64,000 nt of DNA, from contig WELA01001161.1 in assembly GCA_009602735.1 (NCBI GenBank), positions 1-64,000 on the forward strand. The letters are read 5' to 3'. A program made the translations under genes and the position numbers. The notes below the pieces were generated by a model. It searched no databases. It was given only the letters and a program-made list of their open reading frames with translations, and had not been told where the DNA came from. Shown in pieces: positions 40,879-53,040 of this stretch; positions within the stretch are counted from its first letter, which is position 1, and each line of letters opens with the position of its first letter. This stretch comes from Mesotaenium endlicherianum (Eukaryota).

Positions 40879-41003
40879 CAAGTCAGGTCTTACACATGTG
40901 GAGCAAACTAGTCAACAGTTTCAAGTCAGATGCCACACATGTGAAGAGGACTAGTCAAAGGCGCCAAGTCAGGTGCTACACATGTAAGGTAGACTAGGCA
41001 AGG
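40879..41003. repeat. 3 x 43 bp degenerate tandem repeat in the 3' UTR of element B
   Basis: CAAGTCAG....ACACATGT......ACTAG.CAA units starting at 40879, 40922 and 40965. Confidence 0.8.
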
Positions 41004-41624
41004 TCGTAGGTGGTGTGACCTTATTGGCTAGCCTACTCCTTAATGATGAAGAAAATTGTACAAGTTGGCCCAGAATCTGCCACGAATTCAAAAATTTATA
41101 GCGGCCACTGAACTGCTCCAAATCTGAAAATTTGAGTGCCAGACGGACCGCGTCAAAGAACTCTACCGGGTCACCAAATTTGAGAGCATTCTAATTTCTG
41201 GGGTGTCGTTGAGAGCTGAGAGAGTAGGCACTCCTCCAAATCTGTGCAGAAACTTCTGAAAATCATAAGTCCTTCTATACTTCTCCAAATTTTGCAAANA
41301 AATTTTGCAAAGTAAGTCTCAAACTGGGCGTTGTAAGATGTTCTACCAGATTCTTGAGTTTCAGAGCATTCCAAGTTCAGGGGAGGGCACAATGTAAGAA
41401 GGCATATTCAATCCTAACAACGCCAGCAGCCTGACCCCCTTCTACTTAGAGCATCATATCTCTCTCACCAGTGCTCCAAATTGAGCAAACTTGGACTCTA
41501 AATGACCGGCTACTCATGGACTACAGCCAAGTAAATCTTCAGAATTTATTATGTACAAACCTATGACCAGTAGCAGTTTTAATTTTTCTGTCCAGAAACT
41601 GCGAGAAGAGAAGAGTGTCTAATG

Positions 41625-44600
41625 TCAATTTTTCCTCTTTCTTGTTCTTGCAGGCTGCCTCCAAGGGGTCTTCTGCTGCTTCTTGATGGTGGCAGGCTGC
41701 CTCCCTGAAGTCTTCGGGCTTCTAGTAGAGAGACTTGGGGCTGGTCCAAGATGGGGGTTGGCGGCATGGAAGCGTTTCAACTTTCTCTGAACTTTGTCAA
41801 GGTAGTGCGCCGCCACCCAACTATTCTCCGAATCTGGATATCCTTTCCACTTGATCAAGTATTGCTGCTGTCTCCTGAAATTTCTCATAGCCACTATGTC
41901 TTCCACTTCGTACTCCAAATGATCATCCACTATTGTTGGGGCTGGTGGGGTTGTCACACGTCCTGGGAACTTGTTGTCGGGTTGCACATATGGCTTGAAG
42001 AGGGAAGCGTGGAATACGGGGTCGATGTGCATAGTCTGGGGAAGTTCTAGCTTGAAAGCAACGGGGTTGACTTGCTGGATAATCTTGAAGGGTCCCAAAT
42101 ACTTGGGAGAGAACTTGCTGCCGGCAGGCCTGTTGTTCAGGGAAATGTTCTTGGATGATAGTAACACGTTGTCACCCACTCTGTACGTAATTTCTCTTCT
42201 GGATCTGTTCGCCACTCTTGCTTGAGCATCTTGCGCGTGTTGTAGAGCTTTCTTCGCTGCTGTAAGGGCTGCTTCTAATGTCTCCATAAAATCTGTGGCT
42301 GCAGGTACTTCATCATGGCCAGCCGTGAAGCTCAGTGGCGTGGTCGGATGGAAGCCATAGTTGAGGAAGAATGGGGACTCTTGGGTAGAGGCCTGCGTAG
42401 TGTTGTTGTAGGCAAACTCGAGGGGGGTCAAGTACATGTCCCAGTCTTGCTCGAGGGTAGACACGTAGGCCTTTAGAGAGGTCTTTAGGGTACGATTCAT
42501 ACGCTCGGTTTGCCCATCTGATTGTGGGTGGTAGGCAGTAGACATATCCAGCGATGTACCCAAGTTCTTGAAGAGATTTTTCCAGAAATGGCTTGTGAAT
42601 CTTGGATCTCTATCTGACACAATTCTTGATGGTAGTCCATGGAGTCGGAAGATGTTGTCAAAGATGAGTCTTGCAAGTTGTGGTGCTGTAGCCTTAGTCG
42701 TCGTGGGAATAAAATGAGCCATCTTGGTAAGTCTGTCCACCACCGTGAGTATTGCATTATGGCCTCGAGGTGTCACGGGCAAGTCCACGATAAGGTCCAT
42801 TGAAATGTCCGTCCATTGTCTTTCGGGGATTGGTAGTGGTTGGAGGAGTCCTCCCGCCTTTTGCGATGATGGCTTGATTCTTTGGCATGTGTCACAGCTC
42901 CTGCAGTACTCCTTGACTTGCTTAGACATGCCTGGCCAGAAATAAGTCTTGGCTAGAACGCCCGTGGTCCTTAGGATTCCGAAGTGTCCTCCAAGAGGGT
43001 TGTCGTGTGCTTCTCGTAGAAGCAAGAGCCGGAGGTCTAAGTCATTAGGAACACATCTCTGGCCCGTATCTTGCCTCACCCAATAATTGCCTTCTTGCTT
43101 CTTGTATGGGTCCAAGGCTGCTTCTCCGTTCTTGTAGTAAGGGTCTCTTTCATAGGCGGCTGAAAATCGAGCTTCCAGATCTGTCTTCAGGGATACCATC
43201 ACTGCATTTAATTGCAGTCTTGAGAAAGGGTCAGCCGGGTTTGTCTTTCCGGGCTGGTACTGAATCGTGATGTTGTATTGTTGCAAGTATCCGCTCCATC
43301 TTGCTTGCCTCCTTGAGAGGTACGGCTGCGTCTGGAGGTGCTTTAACGCCTCGTGGTCCGTGGTGACCAGTACTTTGCGTCCTTCAACGTAGCAGCGCCC
43401 AACCTCCAAGGCATGTACAATCGCCAATGCCTCTCGCTCCGTGGTTGTATAATTTTGCTCGGCGGGATTCAGCTTCCTTGACTCGTAGGCGATGGGCTGC
43501 AGTCCCTTGCCTTGGTCTTGAAGCAGGATTGCTCCTATTGCATAGGAAGATGCATCGGTGATGACGTGGAAGGGCCAATCTGGGTTTGGACTTGGGAGTG
43601 TGAGCACCGGGGATGTGGTCAATCTTCGCTTTAACTCTTGAAATGCCTCTTCCTCTTTCTCGGTCCATGTATATAGCCTGTCCTTCTTGTGTAGATCTGT
43701 CAGGGGGGCTGCTATGTGCGAGAAGCGTTGGATGAATTTTCTGTACCAAGTGGCAAATCCCAAGAATGACTGGAGTTCTTTCTTGGTCGTGGGGGTTGGC
43801 CATTCCTCCACCACCGTGGTCTTCTTGGGGTCTATCTTGATGCCATCAGCAGTCACGTGGAGACCTAGGAACTCCACTTCTTGTTTGGCAAACTCGCATT
43901 TTGACTCCTTCGCAAATAGCTTGTTTTGCTTCAATACTTCAAGGACTTCTTTCAAGTGTCTCGCATGCTCTTCAAGGGTCTTGCTGTAGATAAGGATGAC
44001 ATCGATGAATACCACCATAAATCTGTCCAACATGGGCTGAAATATGGTGTTCATCATAGTCATGAAAGTTGCTGGCGCGTTGGTGAGTCCAAATGGCAAG
44101 ACCATGAACTCAAAATGTCCATATCTTGTCCTGAATGCCGTCTTCTCTATGTCCGGTTCTGCGATGCGAATCTGGTGGTAGCCGCTCCGTAAGTCAATCT
44201 TCGTGAAGTACTTGGCTCCAACCAGCCGGTCCATGAGCTCATCCATGCGCGGCAGCGGGTATCGATGCTTGATGGTGAACTTGTTGAGGGCGCGATAGTC
44301 CACACACATCCTCAAGGTACCATCTTTCTTCTTGACAAATAGCACCGGGGCTCCAAATGGCGACTTGCTAGGTCGAATGAAGCCATGCTCCAGTAGCTCC
44401 TTGATTTGCTTCTTGACTTCGTCTAGCTCCGTGTATGACATTTTGAACGTAGGCCGAGAGATGGGCTTGCTTCCGGGCTCCAACTCTATCTTGTGGTCTA
44501 CGAATCTTTTGGGGGGTAGGCCCTTGGGCAATTCCGGGGAGAACACTTCTTTGTAGTCCTCAAAGACTTCTTGTATCTCCTTGGGAACGGGGCTGCCTTC

Positions 44601-45233
44601 TTGACTCTCGATGTCTTTCTTGATGTCTTTTGGCGTGATCAAGGCCAAAAGAAGCTCGTGTCCCTTCCTCACAAGTCTCTTGAGTTGGAGGGCGGACAAT
44701 AGTATCTCGTGTGCCGGCTTCTGGATGTCTTGGGTCTGGATATTCTGGATTGCGCGCAAAATACAGATTCTTGAAGTGATGTCATTCTTGATCTTGATAG
44801 TACCGGTCCTCCAATCAACTTGGGGGTTGTGCTTGGTCAACCAAGGCGTCCCTAGGATGACGTCGTACTTGCCCAATTGCATGGGGGAGAACACTACTCT
44901 ATCCTTGAAGGACTTGATAGAGAGTGCCAAGGGGTACGTCTTCTTGGAAGGGGTAGTATAGGAGAATCCATCGGGCATCATAATCTCCTCGTCGTGGTCA
45001 AGAGTTCGCATAGTAATACCGTGCTTGGTGGCAAAATCTGCAGCAATGAAGTTGCCTTGAGCTCCGCTATCCACCAAGATGTGGACCTTCTCTCCTCCAA
45101 GGTAACCTCTCAAACTCATTGGGGCTGGAACGTCGTCTTCAACGGGGGTCTCCACCTCACTTGGCGTGTTGCCTTCTCGTGAAGTGGGTCTTGGGGTGGT
45201 AGGCTCCTGGCCTACCGGCGCTGTCCGTTTTTT
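41625..45233 (-). CDS. pol: Pol (PR-RT-RNaseH-INT-chromodomain), family B; RT motif mutated (FIDV)
   Basis: [22 protein letters not shown] in place of FIDD, ITDAS, HHCC, DDE core, GPF motif and chromodomain YEVEDI...YLIKWKGY...NSW. Confidence 0.95.
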   Translation of the reverse strand, partial: KKRTAPVGQEPTTPRPTSREGNTPSEVETPVEDDVPAPMSLRGYLGGEKVHILVDSGAQGNFIAADFATKHGITMRTLDHDEEIMMPDGFSYTTPSKKTYPLALSIKSFKDRVVFSPMQLGKYDVILGTPWLTKHNPQVDWRTGTIKIKNDITSRICILRAIQNIQTQDIQKPAHEILLSALQLKRLVRKGHELLLALITPKDIKKDIESQEGSPVPKEIQEVFEDYKEVFSPELPKGLPPKRFVDHKIELEPGSKPISRPTFKMSYTELDEVKKQIKELLEHGFIRPSKSPFGAPVLFVKKKDGTLRMCVDYRALNKFTIKHRYPLPRMDELMDRLVGAKYFTKIDLRSGYHQIRIAEPDIEKTAFRTRYGHFEFMVLPFGLTNAPATFMTMMNTIFQPMLDRFMVVFIDVILIYSKTLEEHARHLKEVLEVLKQNKLFAKESKCEFAKQEVEFLGLHVTADGIKIDPKKTTVVEEWPTPTTKKELQSFLGFATWYRKFIQRFSHIAAPLTDLHKKDRLYTWTEKEEEAFQELKRRLTTSPVLTLPSPNPDWPFHVITDASSYAIGAILLQDQGKGLQPIAYESRKLNPAEQNYTTTEREALAIVHALEVGRCYVEGRKVLVTTDHEALKHLQTQPYLSRRQARWSGYLQQYNITIQYQPGKTNPADPFSRLQLNAVMVSLKTDLEARFSAAYERDPYYKNGEAALDPYKKQEGNYWVRQDTGQRCVPNDLDLRLLLLREAHDNPLGGHFGILRTTGVLAKTYFWPGMSKQVKEYCRSCDTCQRIKPSSQKAGGLLQPLPIPERQWTDISMDLIVDLPVTPRGHNAILTVVDRLTKMAHFIPTTTKATAPQLARLIFDNIFRLHGLPSRIVSDRDPRFTSHFWKNLFKNLGTSLDMSTAYHPQSDGQTERMNRTLKTSLKAYVSTLEQDWDMYLTPLEFAYNNTTQASTQESPFFLNYGFHPTTPLSFTAGHDEVPAATDFMETLEAALTAAKKALQHAQDAQARVANRSRREITYRVGDNVLLSSKNISLNNRPAGSKFSPKYLGPFKIIQQVNPVAFKLELPQTMHIDPVFHASLFKPYVQPDNKFPGRVTTPPAPTIVDDHLEYEVEDIVAMRNFRRQQQYLIKWKGYPDSENSWVAAHYLDKVQRKLKRFHAANPHLGPAPSLSTRSPKTSGRQPATIKKQQKTPWRQPARTRKRKN

Positions 45234-46492
45234 GACAACTTTTTGGGGCATGAAAGTGCACGATGGCCCTTTTCCTTGCAATAGAAGCATAGTCCAGCCG
45301 TCATGAGAGCTTCTTTTTCAGCCGGGGAGAGTCTTGCTTTCACTCCTTGCTGGTTTCTTGCATCATAAGTGTCATTGGAGGGTCTTCCACTCTTCCGGGC
45401 AGCCGCGGGGTCCCTTTTAATAACTCCGATTTCCATGGGTGTGGGTCCAGATTCGGATGTGGAAGGGGCTGCGTACACCCGCGTCGTCGGTACCCGTGAA
45501 GATGAAGGCACGGAGTGCTTGAAATCCAAGGTATCCACCTTTTGGGCCACTTCAATGATCTTTGAGAAGTCCGTCAAGTCGCGTAACTCCACTTCCTTTG
45601 CCACCTTGGGTTTGAGGCCAAAGATGTAACGGTCAATCTTCTCCTCGAGAGACATGTTGGGGATCTCAAGAGTGAGGGCGTGAAATCTGGATGTATACTC
45701 TTGAACGGACGTCGTTTGCTTGAGATGGTGGAGCTTTCCTCGGGCAATCTTCTCCGCATTGATGGGCATGAATTGCTTCTTGAGGGCCTCACGAAAATCT
45801 GCCCATCTTGCATATGATGGTGGGGGCTCTTGGCCGAGCATGGGGTGCGCCATAGCTTGATATATAGCCGCTTGATAGTTACGCCACCATGATGTTGCTG
45901 CTCCTCTAAGTAAGGTAACGGCAAAGGGAACGTAGTCCTCCTCGGGTACTTCAAGGAACGCGAGGTACGTCTCCACTTGGTAGAGCCATAAATTCAGGTT
46001 GGCACCTTTCCCGGGGTTGAAAGTGTCGGGTTTGCCGGGCTTGATGAGTTTCCTTGCTCTCGTTGGCTCTTGTGGAGGCGCTTGAGCCGGGGCTGGATTT
46101 TGAGCATTGCTCGCAATAGGGGCAACCATGGCAGCCATAGCTTCTCTTGACGCTTGCACGGTTGCTTCATAGGTGGCCAAGCCCACTTGGTTGTGGACGG
46201 TCATTAGGAAGGCTGCCCACTCATTTGCGGGAACTCCTTGTGGTGGGGTCAACTTTGCTATAGCGGCTGCCACGGGATTTGACGGTGCTCCTCCTTGTGG
46301 TGCTTCTTGTTGTTGCAGATTTCCTTGAGTAGGCTCTCCCATCGCCGCTGGAGGAGGGTGTGCTCCTCCTTGTGATGCTTCTTGTTCTTGCAGATTTTCT
46401 TGAGTGGGCTCTCTCATCGGCGCTGGAGGAGGGTGTCTTGGAGAGGAAGGGCTTCCTTCGAAAGCTTGCTGTTGGTCTTGAGGATCGGCCAT
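45212..46492 (-). CDS. gag: Gag (426 aa), family B
   Basis: [27 protein letters not shown] and zinc knuckle [14 protein letters not shown]. Confidence 0.95.
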   Translation of the reverse strand: MADPQDQQQAFEGSPSSPRHPPPAPMREPTQENLQEQEASQGGAHPPPAAMGEPTQGNLQQQEAPQGGAPSNPVAAAIAKLTPPQGVPANEWAAFLMTVHNQVGLATYEATVQASREAMAAMVAPIASNAQNPAPAQAPPQEPTRARKLIKPGKPDTFNPGKGANLNLWLYQVETYLAFLEVPEEDYVPFAVTLLRGAATSWWRNYQAAIYQAMAHPMLGQEPPPSYARWADFREALKKQFMPINAEKIARGKLHHLKQTTSVQEYTSRFHALTLEIPNMSLEEKIDRYIFGLKPKVAKEVELRDLTDFSKIIEVAQKVDTLDFKHSVPSSSRVPTTRVYAAPSTSESGPTPMEIGVIKRDPAAARKSGRPSNDTYDARNQQGVKARLSPAEKEALMTAGLCFYCKEKGHRALSCPKKLSKNGQRR

Positions 46493-49466
46493 CTTCTTGT
46501 GCTACCAAAGTGCCTAGCTCCGATACCACTGTAGTGAAACAGATAGATAAAGTACTTAGTAAAACAGAATACTTTATCTATTCAAGACAAGGATCTTTGA
46601 ACACAAGTGGTAGCTTCTTGAAAGAGAGATGGCTTCTTGAAAGTTAATATATTTCTGGATTTTGGCAAGTACAAGAGTGATTCTGGAATGTCTTTCTATG
46701 TTCTAGCTCTTGTTCATATACTTGTTACATAAGTAATTTTTAGAAAAGTGTATGTTGATGTGTTGGCACCCAACACATCCCAAAACTTGCCACCTCTTTC
46801 TAGAATAATGTACACATGTCCTTTTGACCTAAAAATGGCACATTTGACTTTTGCCACGTGGAGTTCTTCTAGGTCTTTCCTCTAACTTCGAAAATGCCTT
46901 GGAAGGTTCAAAGGACATGAACCAAGTTACTAGAGTACCTATTCACACTTGACTCCACACAATACTACTCCAGATATATTTGAAAACATTAAAATATATG
47001 CAAACTAATATATAATAACTCAAATCACTACAATGGGCTAATGCTGCCACGAAAGAGGCAGATAAGGGTAAGAAAAAGGAGAAAGATAACTCTGGTAACC
47101 GGAAGAGTAACCAGAAGTATAATGCTATGAGTGCAGAGATTGCAAAGTTGAAAGCTCAATTTGCAAGACTAAATGTGCCTAATGTCTATTATGATGCAGA
47201 TGTGACCAAAAAGACCATCTGTAAAGGCGAGAAGCTAACGCCTGAGAAGGCCGTGGCTGCAACGGCGGCAGAGCGCGCAGATCATGACCGCCTGGTTCCA
47301 AGGAATGCTGGGAAGCTTCCTCAGACCTTCCGAATCACTCTCGATGAGAACGAGATTGCGCAGCTACGACAAGCCAAGCCTGGGCCACGCAAGACATTTA
47401 GTTTTTCGCTGGAAAAGCTGAAGGCTCTGGTGGAACACCGGATTCAGCACATTCCTTGTCTTTCGCTCGCTGATCTGCGTCTTACGTATCCTTTCACGGT
47501 TGAAGAAGCCGGACGGCAGCTGGACATAGCTGAGGAAGGCGCAAACAGTGCTTCGCTGCCTACTAATTTCAGCACTGTGAGAGTGCACAACAAGGATAGA
47601 GTTTTGACGTTCAACGAATGGGCCGCTCCCAATATCCTATTGGACACTGGCGCACAGCCAATTATCTTGGGAAAGCAAGCTGTGAAAGCTCTGGGATTGA
47701 CGGCAAGGGACCTGAAAGTAAGTCCTTTTCAGTTGAGGACTGCATCTGGGCAGATTTCAAAGTCTTGTGGGATTACTCGCAAGCCTGTGAACTATAGACT
47801 CATGAGGAGGCATTTCTCTAAGTGGATAGAGGTAGTGCCTCTGACTGCTAAGGAGAGTCTAGGGACCGCGGAAGCGCTCCTCAATGGTGTGATTGTGCGT
47901 CATGGAGCTCCAGCAGAATTGCTGACAGACCAAGGGTCTGAGTTCCAAGGGTCTTTTCAGAAACTCTTGAATAGATGCTTCATCGATCATTGCACTACGT
48001 CTAGAGATCATCCGCAAGCAGATGGTCTGGCAGAAAGGATGGTGCAAATCGTTAAGTCTGCTTTGCGCAAGTTTTGCCTTGAGCACGACAAGCGTGACTG
48101 GGATCTGGCCCTGCCATGGCTGGTTATGGGTTACAGATTTAGCAAGCTGGCTGCCTTGGTGAATTACTCACCATATCAGATACTGTTTGGCAGAAGTCCA
48201 GTAGTGCCCAGCGGCATCAAGCAGGAGATTGAACACGTGAAAGACCTGGACAACCCTGAGGAACTGCTAAAGGTGATGGTACGTCGTAAGGCGTTATTTG
48301 AGCGCATGATGCCGGCTGCACTGGACAATCTGAAAATTGCACAGAAAAGAGATACACAGCGTTACGCCAGAACGCGACACGTGAGTTACCTCCTACAGAT
48401 GACGCAGATTCAAGAAGAAGACTTTGTAGACCGCAAGCGCCAGACCAAGATCACCATCGACACCAGCTCAGGTGCAGTGATCTTACGCGTGAAACATGCG
48501 TTTCACAATGGTGTGTTAGAACTGGAAGGTTCTGATGGTAAAACCATGAGAGACCACGTGCAGAATTGTTCGCTATGCCATTTGCCGAATATTGATCCTA
48601 CGGTTAGGGTTGTGCCCAAGGAATTGGTGCCAGCCACGCCTTGTGCCAGCTGCGAAGTGCTGGATGATCACGAAGCAATGGTAACTTGCCATAAGTGTGG
48701 TGCCCGTTGGCACACTTTCTGCATTGGCGAGGAAGAGATTATGGCAAGACAATGGGAATGCCCTGACTGCCTTCCTAAACCCCTAGCCGCGGGGCTGTAA
48801 AATAATAGCTTTCAGCAGAAAAGGCAGGGACGCCTCAGCTGAAAGGGAGGGGTGTAAGAGGAATTAAGGCAAGGCAAGTATTTTTAAATTTTCTGCTAAG
48901 GCTTAAGATAAGCAGATGGTGAGGGCTGAGTAAAGTAGAACAAAGCCCTGAGAGTTGGTCACGGTTGCATGGTGCAAGTTCAGGAGCCCAGGGATGGGTT
49001 AACCCTGGTAAGGCTTGTCACCGACACACGTGCAAAAATTGATCGACCATGTTTGCCCGCACATGAGGAGGGCCACCGACACATCAACCAGGTCAAAGGC
49101 ACACGAGCTGAAAGGCCACGCACGTGCCGAGGGACCGACACCGTTAGGCACGACAGCTGTCGCGACTACTATCCGTTTGACGGTGCCGCACGCGCAGCGC
49201 AAGCTACGGCCACCCAGGTACGGAAAGTCAACGTTGACTCACCGACCACTTGACTGATTTCGTCGCTGTCAACGGTTATGTCAGCATCAAGACCACTGGC
49301 GAGGTGTCAATGTCAATGTGCCCCACACCCAGGAATGGGAGAGGTTTTGACAGCATAGACAACCGTGAGACTAGAAGCTGGGGATCAGAGATGAGCCGCC
49401 CAGCGGGTACCAAGTCTAGTACTGTGTGACTGGCAGATTAAGCCAGGTCATGGCCGCAATGCCAAG

Positions 49467-50532
49467 TGTAATGAATCAGTATATTAGTAGATATAATCTT
49501 CATTCAAATATAATAATTATTTAAGTTCAGCCTACTGAACTTTAGTTGATAATCAATCTGCTGGACTGTATATTTAATATCAGTCTAATGACTCAGCCGG
49601 AAGCAGCACGCTGAAGTCCACTTAAGTCAGCTTGCTGACACATTCTTTGACAGCCAACTGACTTTCGTACTCGGTAGCAGCGAACTGCCTCGATATGCAT
49701 CTAAGTATCATATGCTAGATGAATGGCCAGATGACATCCCTATGATGGATGGCGATTCGAGATGATGGGAGATGGCGGTGGATTTGGTTAACCGAGGTCC
49801 TACCAACGTGGTTAACTCCCGGGTAGGCGGTGCCATCGCACTGACCGTTGAACAGTAAACTCATTCCATGTACATATGCTAGACATTGCTTTTGAGTTTG
49901 GCATTCGGAAACGAGGCCAACTCTCTTGTACAGCTTACTAAGAGAGATCTGAATCCAAGGCGGGAAGCGATTGATACGCACTGTCTTCCAACCTTGCTTA
50001 TATATGAGTTTACTGATTGCATTATTGATGCTAGTTTACTTGCATTTGACTTACGATAATTATTCACTGCTAGTGTGTTGTCCTTCGCTGTTAAATCAAT
50101 TTACAAAAAATACCATAAAGATCATTTGCTGATATAAAGATCTTTATTAATTGATTATCGCTTATTTGGTAAGTCGATTCATTTCAATGGAATCGGAGTT
50201 GTTACCACAGTCTTCTTTGTATGGTAAGGACAAGGTCTCAAACTAGCAGCTCCCGAGACATGGAGAAGCAAGATAACGAGAATGTCAAAAACCAGGCGGA
50301 AAGCCATGTAGCAGGAACCCGTACTTATTCTGAAGCAGTGGCAGATACTGCAGCTAGAGAGGCTGCAGATGAGGCAGCTGCTATTGCCGCAGTCGCAGCT
50401 CAGCAAGCTGAGGAGGAGAGAGCCAGATTAGAAGCTGAACAATTAGCAAAGGCCGCTGAAGATACAGAAAGGAGGGAAGGACAGCCCGCTGACGAGCGCA
50501 AGGTTGAGGAACTTATGGCATCCAGGGCCAAT
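49467..50532 (+). mobile_element. Family A copy A3 (older): 5' LTR 49467-50186, PBS 50188-50198, gag 5' fragment 50221-50532; truncated
   Basis: Reverse-orientation diverged A LTR inserted in the family C 3' repeat, then TGGAATCGGAG and MVRTRSQ gag, cut by the next LTR. Confidence 0.92.
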
Positions 50533-51363
50533 TGAAATGAATCGTCTTACCAAATAGGCGATTAACAATTAATAAAGATCTTTATATCAGCAACTAATCT
50601 TATGGTATTTCCGTTAACTAGTTAAACGGCAAAGGACAATACACTAGCAGGGAATAATACTCGTAAGTCAAATGCGAGTAAACTAGCATCAATGATGCAA
50701 GTCAGTAAACTCATACATAAGCAAGGTTAGAAGACAGTGCGTATCAATGGCTTCTCGCCTTGGATTCAGATCTCTCTCAGTAAGCTGTACAAGAGAGTTG
50801 GCCTCGTTTCCGAATGCCGAACTCGAGAGCAATGCCTAGCATATGTACATGGAATGAGTTTACTGTTCAACGGTCAGTGCGATGGCACCGCCTACCCGGG
50901 AGTTAACCACGTTGGTAGGACCTCGGTTAACCAAATCCACCGCCATCTCCCATCATCCCGAATAGCCATCCATCATAGGGATGTCATCTGGCTATTCATC
51001 TAGCATATCGCACTTAGATGCATATCAAGGCAGTTCGCTGCTACCGAGTACGGAAGTCAGCTGGCTGTCAAAGAATGGGTCAGCAAGCTGACTTATATGG
51101 ACTTCAGCCTGCTGCTTCCGGCTGAGTCATTAAACTGATAATTATGTAAAGTCCAGCAGACTGACTATTAACTAAAGTTCAGCAGGCTGAACTTAATTAA
51201 CTATTATATTTAAATGAATATTATATCGACTAATATACTGATTCATTACAATCCCTCCAACTTAACTTGTTGTCGCCTCGACAACATTAATGTGCAGAAA
51301 TTTTAAATAAGGGAACTGAACCTGACCAGCCTCCCTTACTGACTGCCTCTTCAGCGTGTCACC

Positions 51364-53040
51364 TTAAGGGGTTGTTCCTGGGGCTTCAGGGTCAGGAGAC
51401 GGAGATCTGGACCTAGATCTGGACAGCCCTCTAGGTCTGTCAGCTGGCCTTCTAAAGAACCCTGTTTGCTCTAAAGTTGGCCCTCGAGGAGAACGGAGGA
51501 TGGTGGCCTGCTCTTCAACCACTTGGGTGATGATACCCACATAGACAGGCATTCCAGTAGGATGCTGAAATACATTGGCTAGAGATACATGCCCCTGAGC
51601 GGAGGGGGAGGCTGGCATACCTCTGGCCCACCCGCGTGTCCCTCTTCTGGCACCCCTGTCCTCTGGGGATTTCTGCCTGTGTCTGCTGCCCAGTACCGTC
51701 AGATCAGCTTCTTCCCCTGCTTGGGCAGGTGGGCTGGGGGAGCGAGCGCGGGGTCCAGTTGTCGCCATAACGGGGATCACATTCCAAACACCTGATCGTG
51801 GTTCATTAAGAAGCGCCCCTACCTGTCCCTGGGTATCCTGAGTACCTGCTGCTGATGCCTCTCCTCTGCCCTGTTCTTCTTCCTCAACCTCCTCATCCTC
51901 CTCCTCGGAGAGAGTAGGGGTCTCGTCCACTAAGTCGTCCTGCTCCCTAGTAGACATGGAGTAGTCTACCGACCTCCCTTTCTTAGGGCGCGCTGGAGGT
52001 TGCTTGGCCTTCAGCCTACTGATATCTATCCGGCCTGCATTCTTTGCCCATTTGACAAAGGCATGCTTTCCCTTAGAGAAGTACTCTCTTCCCCTCCTCC
52101 TATGTTCCTTGGTCTCTGCATTCATATTGCTCAGGCATCCATTCAGCCTGGGGTCCCAAGGGGCAATGTGAGGTGGTAGGATGAGATAGCCGTCTAGGCC
52201 ATAGTGGAAGTCATCCGGTTGGGCTCGGTCACACTCCTGCTTCTTATTTGTGACGGTCATCCACCTCCAGTCTGTTGGCTGCTGGTAGTACTGGGGTCCG
52301 TGCTCAGCCTTCCTCAGTTTACACGGGAACCAGTGGGGAGAGAACATCTGCTGTCCTGCTTCCCTGGCCAAGTACTCCCAGCTCCTTCTCTCAACTTCAT
52401 TGTAAGCTGGCAGGAGTGTGAGGTAGAATACCGTATCCTTAAAGCTATCGGGCCGCATGCTCACCATCCGGATGAGTCTCTGATCTCCCACTATTCCCGG
52501 TATGGGGACCGGCTTGTCCTCTGAATCATCTGCGAGATACCGGGCCTGCTCTGCTGTATAGCCCACCATCTTAGCATAATCTTCGTAAAGGACCACGCCG
52601 GTGTGTGTCTCGATGTACCTGTCCAGTGCTGTAGCTCCTTCCTTCTGTAGCAGTGTTGTCTGTTCCAGCCTGTTGATCTCCTGGGCTGCCAGCAATGCTT
52701 CCTTCAGGTTATCGAAGTTTTGGCCACCCACCACAGTATACCTGTAAGTGGCCAAGCTCTTCTGTCTGTCCGCTTCAATCTTTTTTCTTTTCTCCTCTTC
52801 TGCCGCTGCCGCTTCTTCTTGCTGTTTCTTCTGTCTCTCCTCCTCAGCCTTCCTGAGGTTTTCCGCTTCCTGATCCTTCTTCCTCTGTGCCTCTTCTGCC
52901 GCCTCTTGTTGTTTGCGGACCCTTTCTTGTTCTCTCCTGGTGAGGGACGTCGCCGCCAGCTCCTTCTGGTATTGCTCCATTGTCCTCCTGGCTTCTTCTG
53001 CCTTGCGCTTTCTGTCCTCCTTTTGTGTGGTGGGCGCCAT
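51364..53040 (-). CDS. ORF3 of family A: unknown ~558 aa protein with a charged coiled-coil N terminus, aromatic-rich core and acidic/RS-rich tail
   Basis: Uninterrupted 1.7 kb sense ORF between pol and the 3' LTR. The likely ATG at 53040 sits 1 nt after a CAG acceptor. No signal peptide or TM segment is evident. Confidence 0.8.
   Translation of the reverse strand: MAPTTQKEDRKRKAEEARRTMEQYQKELAATSLTRREQERVRKQQEAAEEAQRKKDQEAENLRKAEEERQKKQQEEAAAAEEEKRKKIEADRQKSLATYRYTVVGGQNFDNLKEALLAAQEINRLEQTTLLQKEGATALDRYIETHTGVVLYEDYAKMVGYTAEQARYLADDSEDKPVPIPGIVGDQRLIRMVSMRPDSFKDTVFYLTLLPAYNEVERRSWEYLAREAGQQMFSPHWFPCKLRKAEHGPQYYQQPTDWRWMTVTNKKQECDRAQPDDFHYGLDGYLILPPHIAPWDPRLNGCLSNMNAETKEHRRRGREYFSKGKHAFVKWAKNAGRIDISRLKAKQPPARPKKGRSVDYSMSTREQDDLVDETPTLSEEEDEEVEEEEQGRGEASAAGTQDTQGQVGALLNEPRSGVWNVIPVMATTGPRARSPSPPAQAGEEADLTVLGSRHRQKSPEDRGARRGTRGWARGMPASPSAQGHVSLANVFQHPTGMPVYVGIITQVVEEQATILRSPRGPTLEQTGFFRRPADRPRGLSRSRSRSPSPDPEAPGTTP

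Larger units (their letters stand above)
40340..47032 (-). mobile_element. Full-length Ty3/Gypsy chromovirus family B with TSD ATGGG
   Basis: LTRs 40340-40841 and 46530-47032 (TGTAGTG...CACTACA, about a dozen differences); TSD at 40335-40339 and 47033-47037; PBS TGGTATCGGAGC at 46517-46528; G-rich PPT at ~40842-40851. Confidence 0.97.
38289..48800 (+). pseudogene. Family C polyprotein in three pieces (38289-39399, 40124-40339, 47038-48800): Gag with two zinc knuckles, aspartic protease, partial integrase, PHD finger; no RT or RNase H
   Basis: The joined frame reads KRKS-GSFN...CWNCGKSGHQKRDC...*...CAHCSKMEHSEDECW...PW-ANAATKE...MSAEI. It then shows LLDTGA, HFSKWIEVVPL, LLTDQGSEF, HPQADGLAERMV and a C-terminal C4HC3 motif. 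One internal TAG. Confidence 0.85.
36706..49466 (+). mobile_element. Ty3/Gypsy family C: non-autonomous gag-PR-INT-PHD element hosting nested insertions
   Basis: Direct repeat 36706-~37014 = 49158-49466; PPT GAAAGGGAGGGG at 48841-48852 followed by TGTAAG. The ORF is restored when the solo LTR and element B are removed. Confidence 0.85.

Noticed and set aside
40879..41003. CRISPR-like repeat-spacer array (also considered 9893-9964)
   Set aside because: Eukaryotic context, degenerate head-to-tail units without unique spacers, and no cas genes.
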